Assembly (NCBI GenBank): GCA_018398765.1
Contig: JAHBMJ010000096.1
Coordinates: forward strand, 1 to 57,231
DNA from: Chromera velia
Taxonomy: Eukaryota
Length of the DNA stretch: 57,231 nt
Direction: 5' to 3'
Position 1 is the first letter of the stretch; the number at the start of each line of letters is the position of its first letter. The translations under genes were made by a program, and so were the position numbers. This document shows, one piece after another, positions 45,001 through 57,231 of this stretch. The notes under the pieces are model-generated. The model worked only from the letters and a program-made list of their open reading frames with translations, searched no databases and was not told the origin of the DNA.

Positions 45001-48000
45001 GTCACGTCCCCNNNNNNNNNNNNNNNNNNNNNNNNNNNNNNNNNNNNNNNNNNNNNNNNNNNNNNNNNNNNNNNNNNNNNNNNNNNNNNNNNNNNNNNNN
45101 NNNNNNNNNNNNNNNNNNNNNNNNNNNNNNNNNNNNNNNNNNNNNNNNNNNNNNNNNNNNNNNNNNNNNNNNNNNNNNNNNNNNNNNNNNNNNNNNNNNN
45201 NNNNNNNNNNNNNNNNNNNNNNNNNNNNNNNNNNNNNNNNNNNNNNNNNTCCCCCCCCCTCCGCCTCCCCCCCCGCCGCCGACTCTCGTCTCCCCCCCCG
45301 GTGTAGCTCCGCCACCGAGCAGCTCAAGCCCCCCCGCTGAAGAATCTGCTCCCCTTCCCTCCTTCCTTTTGGACGTGGCACGAGACGTGGTGGAAGCAGA
45401 GCAGCCCACGATGCCTGAGCGTCTCCGCTACAAGATTGTTGAGTACTTCTCCACCCTCACAGAGGATCAGTTCTTTGAGGCCGTAGGAGAGGTGCAGGGG
45501 GTGAGTGCTGTCGAGAGTGCGCAGTACTTCGCTGACAGGGGGGTGGATCTGACTCCTAATCGTACCGAGCTTGAGACCATGACTTTTGCAAGCTCCCCCG
45601 AGCTTCGCGGTCTGCCCCAGTCGTCTCAAGAGAAGCTCTTCTCTTTCCTCGGCACTCTCTCACAGGTTGAATTGGCAGAGAGCCAAGAGATTGGCAATGA
45701 CCCTGCAGCCTTCGGGGCTTTCCTTGAGTCACGAGATGTTGACATCAAGCCGACTCAGCAGGAGCTCGAGGCCACCATCGGAGCCCAAGATGACAGACTC
45801 CCCCCCGCCATCCGCACAGCCACAGCCACCCATCTCCTTTCTCTGGGGACTGCCGACTTCCTCGTTCAGTTGGGAGATCTGGCAAAGGTCACGTCCCCTC
45901 AGGAGTTTGCTGCATGGGCTTCCGAGAACAGCGTCAACCTGCGTCCCTCCCCCCCTTCCTCTGAGCCCGACACTCTGACACCCGAGGAAGTCCCTGTGTC
46001 TTCTTCCACGACCACCACCACTCCCAGCAGCACAACTGCCGCTGCAGGAGAAGGCGAGTCTGATGGTTCCCCTCCCTCAGACAGCTCGGATGCCCCCATT
46101 CCCTCCGTCCTCCTGGATATAGCACGGGATGTGATTGTTGCAGAGCAGCCCGATCTCCCAGAGCGCCTCCAGGGAAAGATCATTGACTATCTGTCGACCC
46201 TCTCAGAGACAGAGTTCTTCGATGCCGTTGATGAGCTGCAGGGGGCCACTCCAGTCCAGAGTGCACAGTACTTTGCAGACAGGGGGGTAGACCTGACTCC
46301 CAACCGCACAGAGCTGGAGGCCATGACTTTTGCAAGCTCCCCAGAGCTTCGGGGCCTTCCCCAGTCATCTCAAGAGAAGCTCTTCTCCTTACTCAGCACT
46401 CTCTCGCAGGTAGAGTTGGCCGAGAGTCAGGAGCTCGGGAAGGACCCAGCTGCGTTCGGTGCTTTCCTTGAGTCGCGAGATATTGACATCAAACCAAGTC
46501 AAGAGGAGATGGAGGAAACGATTGCGGCGCAAGATGACAGACTCCCCCCCGCCATCCGCACAGCCACAGCCGTTCACCTCCTGTCTCTAGGCACTGCCGA
46601 TTTTCTCGTCCAGCTCGAGGGACTATCGAAGGTTGACTCTCCCCAGAGCTTTGCGGCCTGGACTAGAAAGCACGATGTCGATTTGAGTGGAAGGCCGTCT
46701 GAGTCAGCTGGTGATGAAGACAGTGCGTTCCCTGCTCCAACCAACACGACAGAAGGCAGAGAGACGGAGACAGCAGATGGAGATGAAGAAGGAGGTTCTT
46801 CAGAAGGCATTCCTCCCGTCCTTCTCTCCATTGCAGAGGACGTGATTGCCTCGGAGCAGCCTGATCTGCCTGATCGGTTGCGTCAGAGAATAATGGATTA
46901 CTTGTCGTCTCTCAACGAGACAGAGTTCTTCGACGCTATTGACTCATTGCAGGGGGTCACTCCAGTCGAGAGTGCACAGTACTTCGCTGACAGAGGGGTA
47001 GACCTGACTCCCAACCGCACAGAGCTCGAGGCCATGACTTTCGCAAGCTCCCCAGAGCTTCGCGGCCTTCCAAAGTCATCCCAAGAGAGGCTTTTCTCCT
47101 TCCTCAGTACTCTCTCACAGGTAGAGTTGGCAGAGAGCCAGGAGCTCGGGAAGGACCCCGCAGCCTTCGGGGAATTCCTGGAGTCTCAGGACGTTGACAT
47201 CAAGCCCAGTCAAGAGGAGATGGAGGAGGCAATCAGATCACAAGACAGCAGGCTCCCCTCCTCTGCTGTGTCTGCTGTAGCCACTCATGTCCTGTCCCTC
47301 CCAACGAGCGGGTTTCTCTCAACCCTCTCGCAGTTGGAGTCAATTTCAGATCCTGCCGAATTTATCAAGTGGGCGTCGGATGAGGGGATTGAGTTGGGGC
47401 TTCCAGAGGGATTTGACCCCTCAATGTTGGGAGAGTTGGGGGGGGGGAACGGTACAGAAACCAACGGAACGCTTCCGGATGCCCTCCTTTCCCTAGTGGA
47501 GAGTCAACTCGACTCCGAGAGTCCCCCTCTGCCCCCGAGTGTGAGAAAGAGGGTGATGAATTGGTTTGCAGGACTCGAGCAAGACGAGTTTTTCGATGCC
47601 GTCAGTGAGCTTCAGGGGGTGAGTGCTGTAGAAAGAGCGAAGTATTTTGAGGAGAGGGGGGTGGATTTGAGGCCCACTAGGGCAGAGCTTGAGGAGGCAA
47701 TTGCTTCAGAGAACGCTGACGTGAAGCTTCTCCCGAAGTCGTCCAAGAAGAAGCTCTTTGATTATCTTTCCACTCTCTCAGCCGTGGAGCTTACGGAATT
47801 GCAGGCTTCAGGCAGCACGAGTGAGGCTCTGGGGAGCTTTTTGGATTCGAGGGACGTTGACATTTTGCCCACGTCGAGAGAGATGGAGAAGATTGTCAAG
47901 GAAAGAGACAGCCGTATCACCACTGCCCAGACACGAACGATCGTGAACTATCTTCTCTCGCAGAACAGTACTGGCTTCCTGACTGAGTCAGAGACTCTCA

Positions 48001-51000
48001 ACAGTCTTTCAACCCTTCCCTCAATAGGCAGGTGGGCAGACGAGAGAGATCTGGACATTCGTCTGGGGAGGGGAGATTTGATGCGGTTGATGGCGACGCA
48101 GTTGACAGCAAGTGGAGGGTCGGGGGGGGCCTCCAATGGGACGAGTGCGGGCGGAATGACTTCTGCTCAGTTGTTGAGCACTTTTCCGCGTTTGATTCAA
48201 AATTTCCTTGCTTACTTCACTACTCTTGAGACAAATGAAGAGCAGTTCACAGAGCTGGAGAGTCTAGAGAAACTCACAGAGGGGGGGAATCCAGATCCGA
48301 TTGCATTGGCAAAGTGGGCAGAGGAGAGGGAGATTGAGGTGAAACCCAACAGATCCGAGTTGAGAAATGCGCTCTCTCGTCAGAGTGCCGACTTCAAGTT
48401 GCTCCCAAAATCTTCCCAAGACAAATTGTTGGATCACCTCGAGTCTCTGTCCCTCACCGAGCTTGTTGAATTCACAGTCGCATCTCAGGCTGCAGGTACC
48501 AGTCCAGAGAAGTTCGGGGCTTTCTTGGACTCACAGGGAATTGACATTCTCCCCACGCGAAGAGAGATGGAAGAGTTGGTTCAGGCAAGAGACAAGAGAA
48601 TCACCGCCCGACAGAAGAAAACAATAGTCGATTTCCTGCTTTCCCAAAATGCTGAAGGGTTCCTCGTTGAATCGAAACGACTCAACGACTCCACGTCCCT
48701 TCCTGAAATAGGCAAGTGGGCAGACGAGAAAGGATTGGACATCAGACTGAACAGAGGAGAGTTGATGAGAGTGATGATGAGTCAGTTGACGGCCAGTGGC
48801 GGCACAGGGGCGTCGGGGGGGGCGTCAAATGGGACAAGCACAGGCATGAGCACTTCCCAGATGCTCAGTACGTTCCCCCGTTTGATTCAAAATTTCCTTG
48901 CTTACTTCACCACCCTCGAGACAAACGAAGAGCAGTTCACAGAGCTGGAGAGTCTAGAGAAACTCACAGAGGGGGGGAATGCAGACCCGATTGCATTGGC
49001 AAAATGGGCAGAGGAGAGGGAGGTAGACATGAAGCCGAACAGAGCAGAATTGAAGAGAGCGATGGAGTCACAAAGTGCAGACTACAAGCTTCTCCCCCCT
49101 GTCTCTCAAGACAAGCTTCTAGACTATCTGGAGGGCTTGAAGCTTACGGAGTTGATTGAGTTTCTCCTGGCTCTGCAGAAGACTGAGGGGAATGCAAAGG
49201 CGTTTGGGGATTTGTTGGATGAAAGAGGGGTAGATATCAGGCCGAGTAGGTCTGAGATGAGCAAAATTGTGAAGGAGCAGGATGATAGACTGACAGAGAG
49301 ACAGTTGGGTGTCCTTCTTGACTACCTGTTTGGTCTCAGTCAGGGAGAGTTCTTTGCAGCTTCGCAGGAACTGCAGGCAGCGAAGACGTTGGAGGAGACG
49401 GGTGAGTGGGCAGACAAGCACGGGGTGGATATGAGGTTGACTGAGAGTGAGATGAGAACAATGATGCTCTCACAGAACGGCACTGAGGCGCTTGCTGCAT
49501 TTCCCCGTCTCGTTTCCAATTTTGTCTCTCACATTGCGAACATCACAACGAACAGAGAGCAGTTTGCTGCCCTCGAGAAGATCGAGGCATTCCTCATGCC
49601 CAAAAATGGGGGTTCTCAGGATCTTGCAGGTTTCGCGAAGTGGGCGGAAGAGCAGGGCATTGACCTGAAACCCAACAGAGAAGAGATGGGGGCAGCATTG
49701 AAGGCTCAAGTGGGAGAGGATTGGGACAAATTGCCCAATAGTTCCAAACGAAAGCTGTTGGATTACCTTGAGGGTCTGAGCACAGCAGAGCTTTTCGAAC
49801 TTCTCGATGAAGGTCAAAAGATCGAGAGGACGCCTCGAGCATTTGGTGCCTGGTTGGAAAAGCGGGGTGTGGACATTCTTCCTGACAGATCTGAAATGGT
49901 TGGGTTGGTCCGGGCAGGGGATGAGAACGTGACAGACCGTCAGATCGGAATTATCCTCGAGTATCTTTATGGCCTCGACCAAGGATCGTTCTTTGCCGAG
50001 TCTGCCGAGCTACAGGGATTGACGACTTTGGGAGAGAGGGGACGGTGGGCTGATGAGAAGGGGTTGGATTTGAGGATCACAGCCCAAGAATTCAGAGAGA
50101 TTCTCCCGAGAGTCGACACAACCAGAATGAGACAATTCCCCAGAATCACCAACGAAATCATTGCCTACTTCATGACTTTTGAAACCAATGAGGGTCAGTC
50201 ATTCAACTCTCTTCCTTTCTTCCTCCCTTCCTCCTTTCTCCCCTTCTTCGATTGGTTTGCACTGTTTTTGCTTTCCGATGCTTCTCTCCCTCTTGTTCTC
50301 TCTTAAGGTTCCTTCTGTGGGCCCTTCTCTCTCTCTGTTTCACTATTCTTTCTCTGCCCCTCCACGCCACTCAAAGCCGTCTCCAGTCCTTTCCCATTGG
50401 ATCTTTGTCAACAAATTCAGACAGCCCGCACATATTCTTTTTGATTTCCTCTCACATCCTTCCTGTCTTCTGCCTTTCTCTCTACTTGCTCCCTCCCCCC
50501 CCCCGCAGCTCAATTCACAGAATTCGACAAGATCCTCAAGATGACCAACGAGGAGAGGGCCTTCTACTTCCACAGCCAGGGTATTGAAGTCATGCCCTCA
50601 AAGAAGGAAATTATGGACTCCATGCCCACCATCATTGCAGAGCATGAGGCCGCCACAGGGGAGGAGTGGGATGTCATGAAGAAGGGCACACAGCTGATGG
50701 TAGCAGGCACCTTCTCTCGCATGTCGTTTGAGGATCAGGTCCGCGTGGCGTCCCACGAGGGTGACCTCGGGGTGGACACCCCCGCCGCCACAGAGTTCAT
50801 GGCAAGGGAACTGAAGCCCCATATGATTTTCCTCTGCAGAGACGACATCAGAAACGCCAAATCCAGAGCCGGGGCCCCAGTGTTAGTCCTAGCACCCCTT
50901 GTGCTCTGTGCCCCTTCCTACGCCTACGCTCCCGTACTTCTTCTGGGTCCCACCTTTATCATGGCCCCCTCTTTCAACGTTGCGCCTGTAGCCAACCTGG

Positions 51001-52235
51001 GTGTGACAGTCTTTCTTGCCCCCTCTTTCGTCATGGCCCCCGCAATCAACCTAGGCTTCAACCTCGCACTCGCCCCCTTCTGGATTCTCGCCCCTTCCGT
51101 CCAACTCGCATCCCTCGTCACACTCGCGCCCTACGTGGTGGCCCTTCCAATCGTCAACCTCTTTCCAATCACTGTCGTCACACCATTCGTTCTCGCCCCT
51201 GCGGTTTTCGATGATGCGATCTTCAAGAGGAAAGACTTCGGACCATTGAAAGTCAAGAGGTACGATGACAAGAGGGTGGAGCCCAAGGAGGGGGTGAAGG
51301 ACCTTAAGTGGGCATCCGATCTTGTTGCAGCTCCGTTGTTTGCCATTGCAAATAGCAGTGCAGACAAGTTGCCGAATGGCACGGCGATCCTGGAGAACAG
51401 CACTGTCTATCAGGACTCGAAGATTGCGGAAGAGTTCGGCCTCCGTCCCTCTCGTGCGATGGACTTGCAGTACCTTGCAGCCAACTTGGATCGTGCGAAT
51501 GTCATCGGACCGAGTATTATTTGCCCTCGGTATCTGTACAAAACCCCAGAGCAGAGAGAAATAGAGCGAGTGAAGGTCTTTTTCGTCTATCTGTGGGATT
51601 TGATACCTGCCATTGAGGGGTTGTTGTCGAATGACTGCGTCGTTCCGTATCCGTCTGACGTGCTTCGGGACATTCCGTTCTTGCCCAAAGAGGCTAAGGT
51701 GGCAATCAGGGCACTCGAAACAATGGAGAACGCTCTGCCGCCTCCACTGAAGATTGCAGCCAATCAGGCACTCTCACTCACGCAGGTTGTGGCAGAGGGG
51801 CAGATTCCAGATTTCTCTGCGTGGAAGAGGGTCGAGTGGGATCCGTTCACTTTCAAGTTTGAGGTACCAGAATTTGATTTCGATTTTCTCAAGGGGGGGG
51901 ATGACAAAGAGGGGGAGATGGGGAAAGAAGGAGAGCTGGAAGGCTCTGAGTCAAAGGGAGGGGAAGAATCTGGAGACTCTGTGTGGCCTCTGGATTCGTT
52001 GTTCTTGAAGGGGAGCGTGTTGGGATTGTCAAAAAAGGAGGAGGAGAATTTCATGGGAGACGGCTTGCCGGTAGTTGGGGGACTTTCACTAGAAAGGGAA
52101 AAGGGTGACAAAGAGAAGGACTCCTCGTATTCAACTTTTGGGTCTCTCTTAGACGTGAAAGGAATTCTTTCGGGTTTGTCAAAAAAGAGACCGACAGGGG
52201 TGCTCTCAAAGAAAACTGGGGGAGGGGGTGATTGA
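41213..52235 (+). CDS. Giant (~3,400 aa) putatively secreted repeat protein: Cys-rich/CBM1-like modules, ~11 helical super-repeats, C-terminal AP-hexapeptide repeat
   Basis: Exons 41213-41699, 41794-41903, 42229-50193 (spanning the N gap) and 50509-52235 are GT-AG and in phase. Hydrophobic N-terminus MRIIPASLWGAVGVASF; CTLLGDCDEGLFC..TC; PWGNCHW..C..GFQCYKNTQWADYAQC; repeated LDVARDVV.AEQP..PERLR..IVDYF units; APxxxx repeats. Frame continuity across the gap is assumed. Confidence 0.8.
45012..45249. other. Assembly gap (N run) inside the repeat-coding exon
   Basis: 238 Ns flanked by near-identical repeat units. Confidence 1.
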
Positions 52236-52864
52236 AAACAATAGGGTCAATCAGACCTGGCTGATCTCTGGGGGTTTCCTTCTGGTCGAAATGATTGTAA
52301 TGAATGGAGAAACAATTAGTGAAGTATAGCCAGAGACAAAGAATTGTTGCAAGGCTTCTTCGGTGACAACACGACTGATCCTAGAACTGATCGAATTTCA
52401 ATCATTTATACGATTCATTATTTCAATGAAAGAGTCTGACCGACAACGAACTGCGCACAAAAAATCTATATTTTGTACTAGTATAAACTAAATAAAACTT
52501 TTAGGAAACTGACAACTAGACTCATGAGAATAATAACTGAGAAGGAAGTTATCATGAAACTTACTTTCTTAGTCCTATGACCTTCCTATATTTTCAAATA
52601 GTTAATAGAGATTATTTAGCAAATCATATGTAAAAATAGGGGGAAATATTAAAAAGTTGAATATTATGAGCTCAAATTTTCAAATATTTCAATGCTGAAC
52701 ATTACTTTTTTATGACATTTTTGACATTTTGTCAGCAGTTGTTCTATCAATTTTCAATTGTATAATTAAGAATTTAAGAATGAAAAGTAATCAAATTTAA
52801 GTAAAATATAGACTTTAAGTCGTACTAGAAGTCGTATCTTAGAAAAAATTATCATTATTTTGCT

Positions 52865-54119
52865 ATGGGTTTGTGCGTATCAATAGGGACGCTCTCCCCA
52901 CATAGTCGTATGTCCCTCTTCAGGGGGATATGGGAACCCGCCACCACTTATTCCCTTGAAGCCCTCCCGATTCGAGAATCTGACATCCAATGCTTAGACT
53001 CTCTTCAGCTTCGTTTTGTGCATTGGTCTCTCCGTCTGCCCTGGAATTCTTTTGTCTTTCTCACCTTTGCAGCCGTTGGGCTGAGGCTTATGAGAGAGAT
53101 TCTCAGTGTCAGAGTGGGGGGGTATTTGAGAAGTCTTTCCCTTGCACGATTGGCTTTGCCTCAAGCGCTGTGGGCATGCCACAGGAGGGGGGAGCTTAGG
53201 GCGTGGTCGGGGTCGGCAAAAAGGCTTGTGCAACCCATCAGTTCTGCCCTTCTTGAAGGTGAACTTGATGAGGTTGATTTTAGAACCTCAGATAGCAGGC
53301 TGAGAAGGGGGGCGAGAAGCAGACAAGTCAACGAATGGTTGGGAGACTGGGCAAACCCGGTCTCCGTGATGGAAAAGAGAGGGGGGAGACAAGGTAGACA
53401 AGGAATGCATGGCGTGTCTTTTCCTCCGTCTGCCTGCCTGACTGATTATCAGAAGGAGAATAGAAGCAGCCAACGCTTTGCAAAATTGGTTTTCGGAAGC
53501 TTGGTGGAGGGGAGGGGAGGCTCATGGTCTACTTTGGCGGAACCTCTCCCCAAGCAGTTCCTGGCATCCCCCGGGGCAGTTTTCCGCCCTGTGTTGTGCG
53601 CCGTTGTTAGAGGGGAAGCAAACCATGGGGGGAAGGTTGAATCAATTTGTAAGGCCTGTGAAGAGAAAACTTGTGAGAAACTGATTGACAACCCGATTCA
53701 CTGCCTGACAACTTGTGTTCGAAAGGAAGTGCCGCGGGGGAGACTGAGCGATCTCTGGTATACGCGACTGGAGCGTATGTCGATAGAAGAAGCGTGTGAG
53801 CACAGAGAGAAATAGGAGGCCCGAAGGAGTAGAGGGTTGGGGCAGGCCGAGGAGCGTGTAAGGCGGTACTTCTCGCTTCTTCTTCAGAGGGATGCCAGAA
53901 AGGCCAGTGCCCTCATTGCTGCATGCCTAGGACCAGACTGATCGATCCTGGGGAGCAGCGCTTTGCTAGCTAGTAGTCTTAAGGTTCGGCCGCTTTAGGC
54001 AAGCATTCGCTAGCGTGCTCCTAGCTTGCAATATGACATGAATGCTCACAGACTGCCCTTTGCCATTGGGATACGATGGCTGGCGGGTTTAGTCACATCA
54101 TTATCATCATCATCATCAG
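52865..54119 (+). mobile_element. 5'-truncated non-LTR retrotransposon (LINE) 3' end
   Basis: ORF 52865-53815 has an RT-thumb-like YSLEALP....LDSLQLRFVHWSLRLP....AVGLRLMRE segment and a C-terminal CKAC...NPIHCLTTC zinc finger. A (TCA)n tail lies at ~54097-54119. Confidence 0.75.
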
Positions 54120-54591
54120 TACATACTAGTATGATAATAGACAATAATCTGCACAATAATATTAAAAGACATCACCAAGTATTTACTTTGTTTCCATTAT
54201 CTGCCATACATACATCCTCATGTGTACTGAATAACAGACTTTTCTCTAGACTTTTCTGTATAATGGTATACTTCCCTTTTTTTAAAGACGTTAAAAGAAC
54301 CGATCACGTTGATCCTTTAGGCTTTAGTGGAATAATACAAAACTCACCTTGAGTCACTGCCAGTGGCATTCTCTGTTAACTTGATCTCCTTCTGAGTTAA
54401 TATCTAGGATCATGTGCAAGAAAAGGATGTCAGGGCAACTAAAGAAACGTCTCTCTGGGGGGGCTCTGATGTTTCTTGGAAGGAGGATCGAGTCAGGCGG
54501 TCACTAGCAAGTGCAACCAAAGAGTGAGACAGTGCCACTCAGCTGCCATTTTTGGGGGCATTCGTGATGCGGGAAAGTTGTACAATGAAGC

Positions 54592-57231
54592 TCAGCTGCT
54601 CGATCCAAATGGACTTGAAATTGGTCCCTCTGCAATTGGGCGTCTGTTTGCTTCCTTTGTGGCATCATCCAACATGTCTGCGGTCACCCTTTTCTTAGTC
54701 TTCCTCTCATCGGCAATTCGCGCCCCCTCGCTGGACCTCTTCTGAGTCAGACGTGCCTGTGCGGCCGTGCCCTGAGTGGACTGACAGAGAGTAAACCGGA
54801 AGATTCCCGTCCCTGCATCCTCATCCTTCCCTCTCGTCAGCTGCGCAAATAAGTCGGAAGAATCCTTCAGTGTGTCGTGCACCGGAAAGACCAGGTAGCG
54901 CACATTGGTGGACTTAAAGCCGAACAGCTTGACCTTCTTGTCCTTCAACACAGGCACCTGCATCTGATCCAGAGAGGTCTGCGCGAGGTCACGGATGTCG
55001 GTCCATTTCTGCCCTGGGAAATCTTTTCCCATCACCCACGAAGCCTGCATTGAGCAAATGAGACCATGAAACCCCTGTTATTGAGTGCATTTACTATGAA
55101 GCCACACGGCTTAAATCCATGCATGGGATTAAATTCTGCGTATTGAATCCCATGCAGCTTTCTTGCTTCACACCTTGACTTCAATTAGCTTTTCGTTGAA
55201 AAATGATTTCTTCTGTCTTCTCCCTTTCCATATGAATCTTCCGACGCAACTGAACAGTTCCCCCACTGACATGCAGTGTCCCACTTCGCCTTTCTTGTTG
55301 TTTTGTGCTTCTGTCGCATGAAGCTGCATTTTGTGCTTTTACGAGTTTTCGCTTGCAGGCAGTCAATGGCCCATTCTTTCCAACAGTAAGAGACACGCGT
55401 ACCTTGATACAGAGGTCTGACGCCCCCAGCATGATCGTCCCAGGATCCCTGGCATGTGCAATGACGCCCTGACTCTTCTGCATCTGCAAGCACGAGCAGA
55501 GGAGCGAGGGAGGGAGTCCACTCGTGTGGTACTGAACTGACCATTCATTGTTCATGTTTATGCTGCCAGCCTCGAAAAGGGTTGAAAGGGCGGTCTGGTC
55601 CGAAGTACCTGCAAAGAGCTTATCAACAAAGCTTGCATGCACTATCGTCTTCCTGAATGTGTAGGCTTTCTTATGTGTTGGGCCCACCACTTCCCCCCCC
55701 AGACAGCGCACTCCCTGCTGGTGTCAGCATGTCTGGCCCTGGGTGCCAGGAAGGTTAGGGTTGCAGTGGGGTGTGTACGTCCGTCCACGGCCAGTCATGG
55801 AACACAAACAGAATCGGTCAGCCCATTGGTTGCGTATGTGTAGGCTTTCTTATGTGTTGGGCCCACCACTTCCCCCCCCAGACAGCGCACTCCCTGCTGG
55901 TGTCAGCATGTCTGGTCCTGGGTGCCAGGAAGGTTAGGGTTGCAGTGGGGTGTGTACGTCCGTCCACGGCCAGTCACTTAGATGCGTCACACAGTACATA
56001 CGGAAACAAATGCGGCCATGCACACAGTCTGAGGGGAGCATGAGTGCAGGACAGCTAGTCATGCTGCTGGGTGGCACTTCGAATCCCTCCCGTGCACGAG
56101 GACCCGTAGATCATCATGATGGCGCCTGTACGACGTGGATGTTCGAAAATCGCGCTGCAGTGAGGGAACAACGGGAAGGGGCACGTTCAAACATTTGATA
56201 TTGAAGGAGAGCAGAACCCACCTCTGTTTTGATGGGGCCTTGAATTTCTCCGTGGTGATCGTGTTGCCTCGCATATACGGCCTGCAGGCAAAAGACAGCG
56301 CACCATAGAGCAGTTGTGCATAGTATCATGCATATATACGCATGTATACACACATGAACACACGCACACACAGAGGCGGAGGGGGAGAAAGAAACGCTTT
56401 ACGGGAGTAAAATTGCACGTAGGGAACATAAGACAGACACTGGCTCGGCAATTCGGTTCATAAAGTGGTTGGAGGGTTTAAAAGACTAGCTGGAACTAAG
56501 GCTTCATTTGCGGACGGCCGTTTTCTTTCCTTTGTTGCTACTTCTTCAATTTCATTTACGCTTCACGTCTCTCTTCTTTGCAGCCGTGTTTTCCTGACCA
56601 TGCTTCTGTCTAGCTTTGCGTCAAAGAAAAGGCCTTTTCAGCCATCAGTGGTGACTGACCCCTTTCTGCTTCCGTAGATAACGACCCTCAGCTCGTGTGG
56701 GCAGAGATGTCATCGTAGTCAAGTCTGGCAGTCCTTCCCCCTTCGGAGTCGCTGTACTGTAACCTTCAGTTGTGTACTCCTGGGCCACGCCTTGAAGTTG
56801 GGGCTCGGAAAGTGCCCGCATGGCGAAGCGGAGAACGAGGGCATCTTTCTCTTCAGTGGTGATAAGCCCGGACTGAAAAAGAGCACAGCACACCAGCGCG
56901 CTCTTCTTTCTCATATTTGAAAGCAAAATAGAGGCTTGCAGGGAATGCCACGAGTAACAAATCGCCTGGCTGCACTTATAGGTCGTTGAGGCAGCCATGA
57001 AAAAGTTTTTTTCCCACCACGCAACCATTCCCTTTGTGTCCGAGGATTGCAGGTCTACTCCAGTCATCAGGTGCTGAACCTCAGAAAGGACGTGCTTTTG
57101 GTGCAAGGAATACGCCCTCGTGTCTTCAGGAAACCCCAATGCAGCGAGGATCTCGTCAATCTCATCTTCCCTTCCAGCTGGGATCGAGGGAGGGGGGGAG
57201 AGACCCGAAAAAGAAAAATGCGTGTTCGCAT
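54592..57231 (-). pseudogene. Fragments of an unidentified intron-containing gene (runs off the window)
   Basis: Coding-looking minus-strand ORFs 56645-57139+, ~56114-56282, ~55400-55675 and 54592-55046 with plausible GT/AG boundaries. Contains internal stops and a duplication; no family recognised. Confidence 0.35.
55657..55976. repeat. 141-bp near-perfect direct repeat (55657-55797 and 55836-55976)
   Basis: atgtgtaggctttcttatgtgttgggcccacc...ccacggccagtca occurs twice with one mismatch and a 38-bp spacer. Confidence 0.95.

Overview
Intron-rich, transposon-dense eukaryotic genomic DNA. The GTCAGT/GTAAGT/GTACGT donors, pyrimidine-rich acceptors and (GACA)n intronic microsatellites suggest an alveolate or chromerid protist such as Chromera; that is an inference only. 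Contents from left to right: a small 8-bp-TSD TIR element; a strawberry-notch (SBNO) helicase pseudogene; a decayed hAT transposase interrupted by three nested DNA elements, one carrying a traceable micro-inversion; a fold-back palindrome; a full-length 7.3-kb two-gene Plavaka-type DNA transposon; an apparently intact 7-exon single-domain BacNav/EukCat-like cation channel gene (TLEGW filter, one S4 arginine replaced); a TA-flanked MITE; a 37-38-bp minisatellite; a full-length Ngaro-type tyrosine-recombinase retrotransposon with split direct repeats; a ~3,400-aa putatively secreted protein (Cys-rich and CBM1-like modules, ~11 helical super-repeats, a 6-residue AP solenoid); a 5'-truncated LINE; and fragments of an unidentified minus-strand gene. 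All family assignments come from motif recognition by eye, and no database searches were run.
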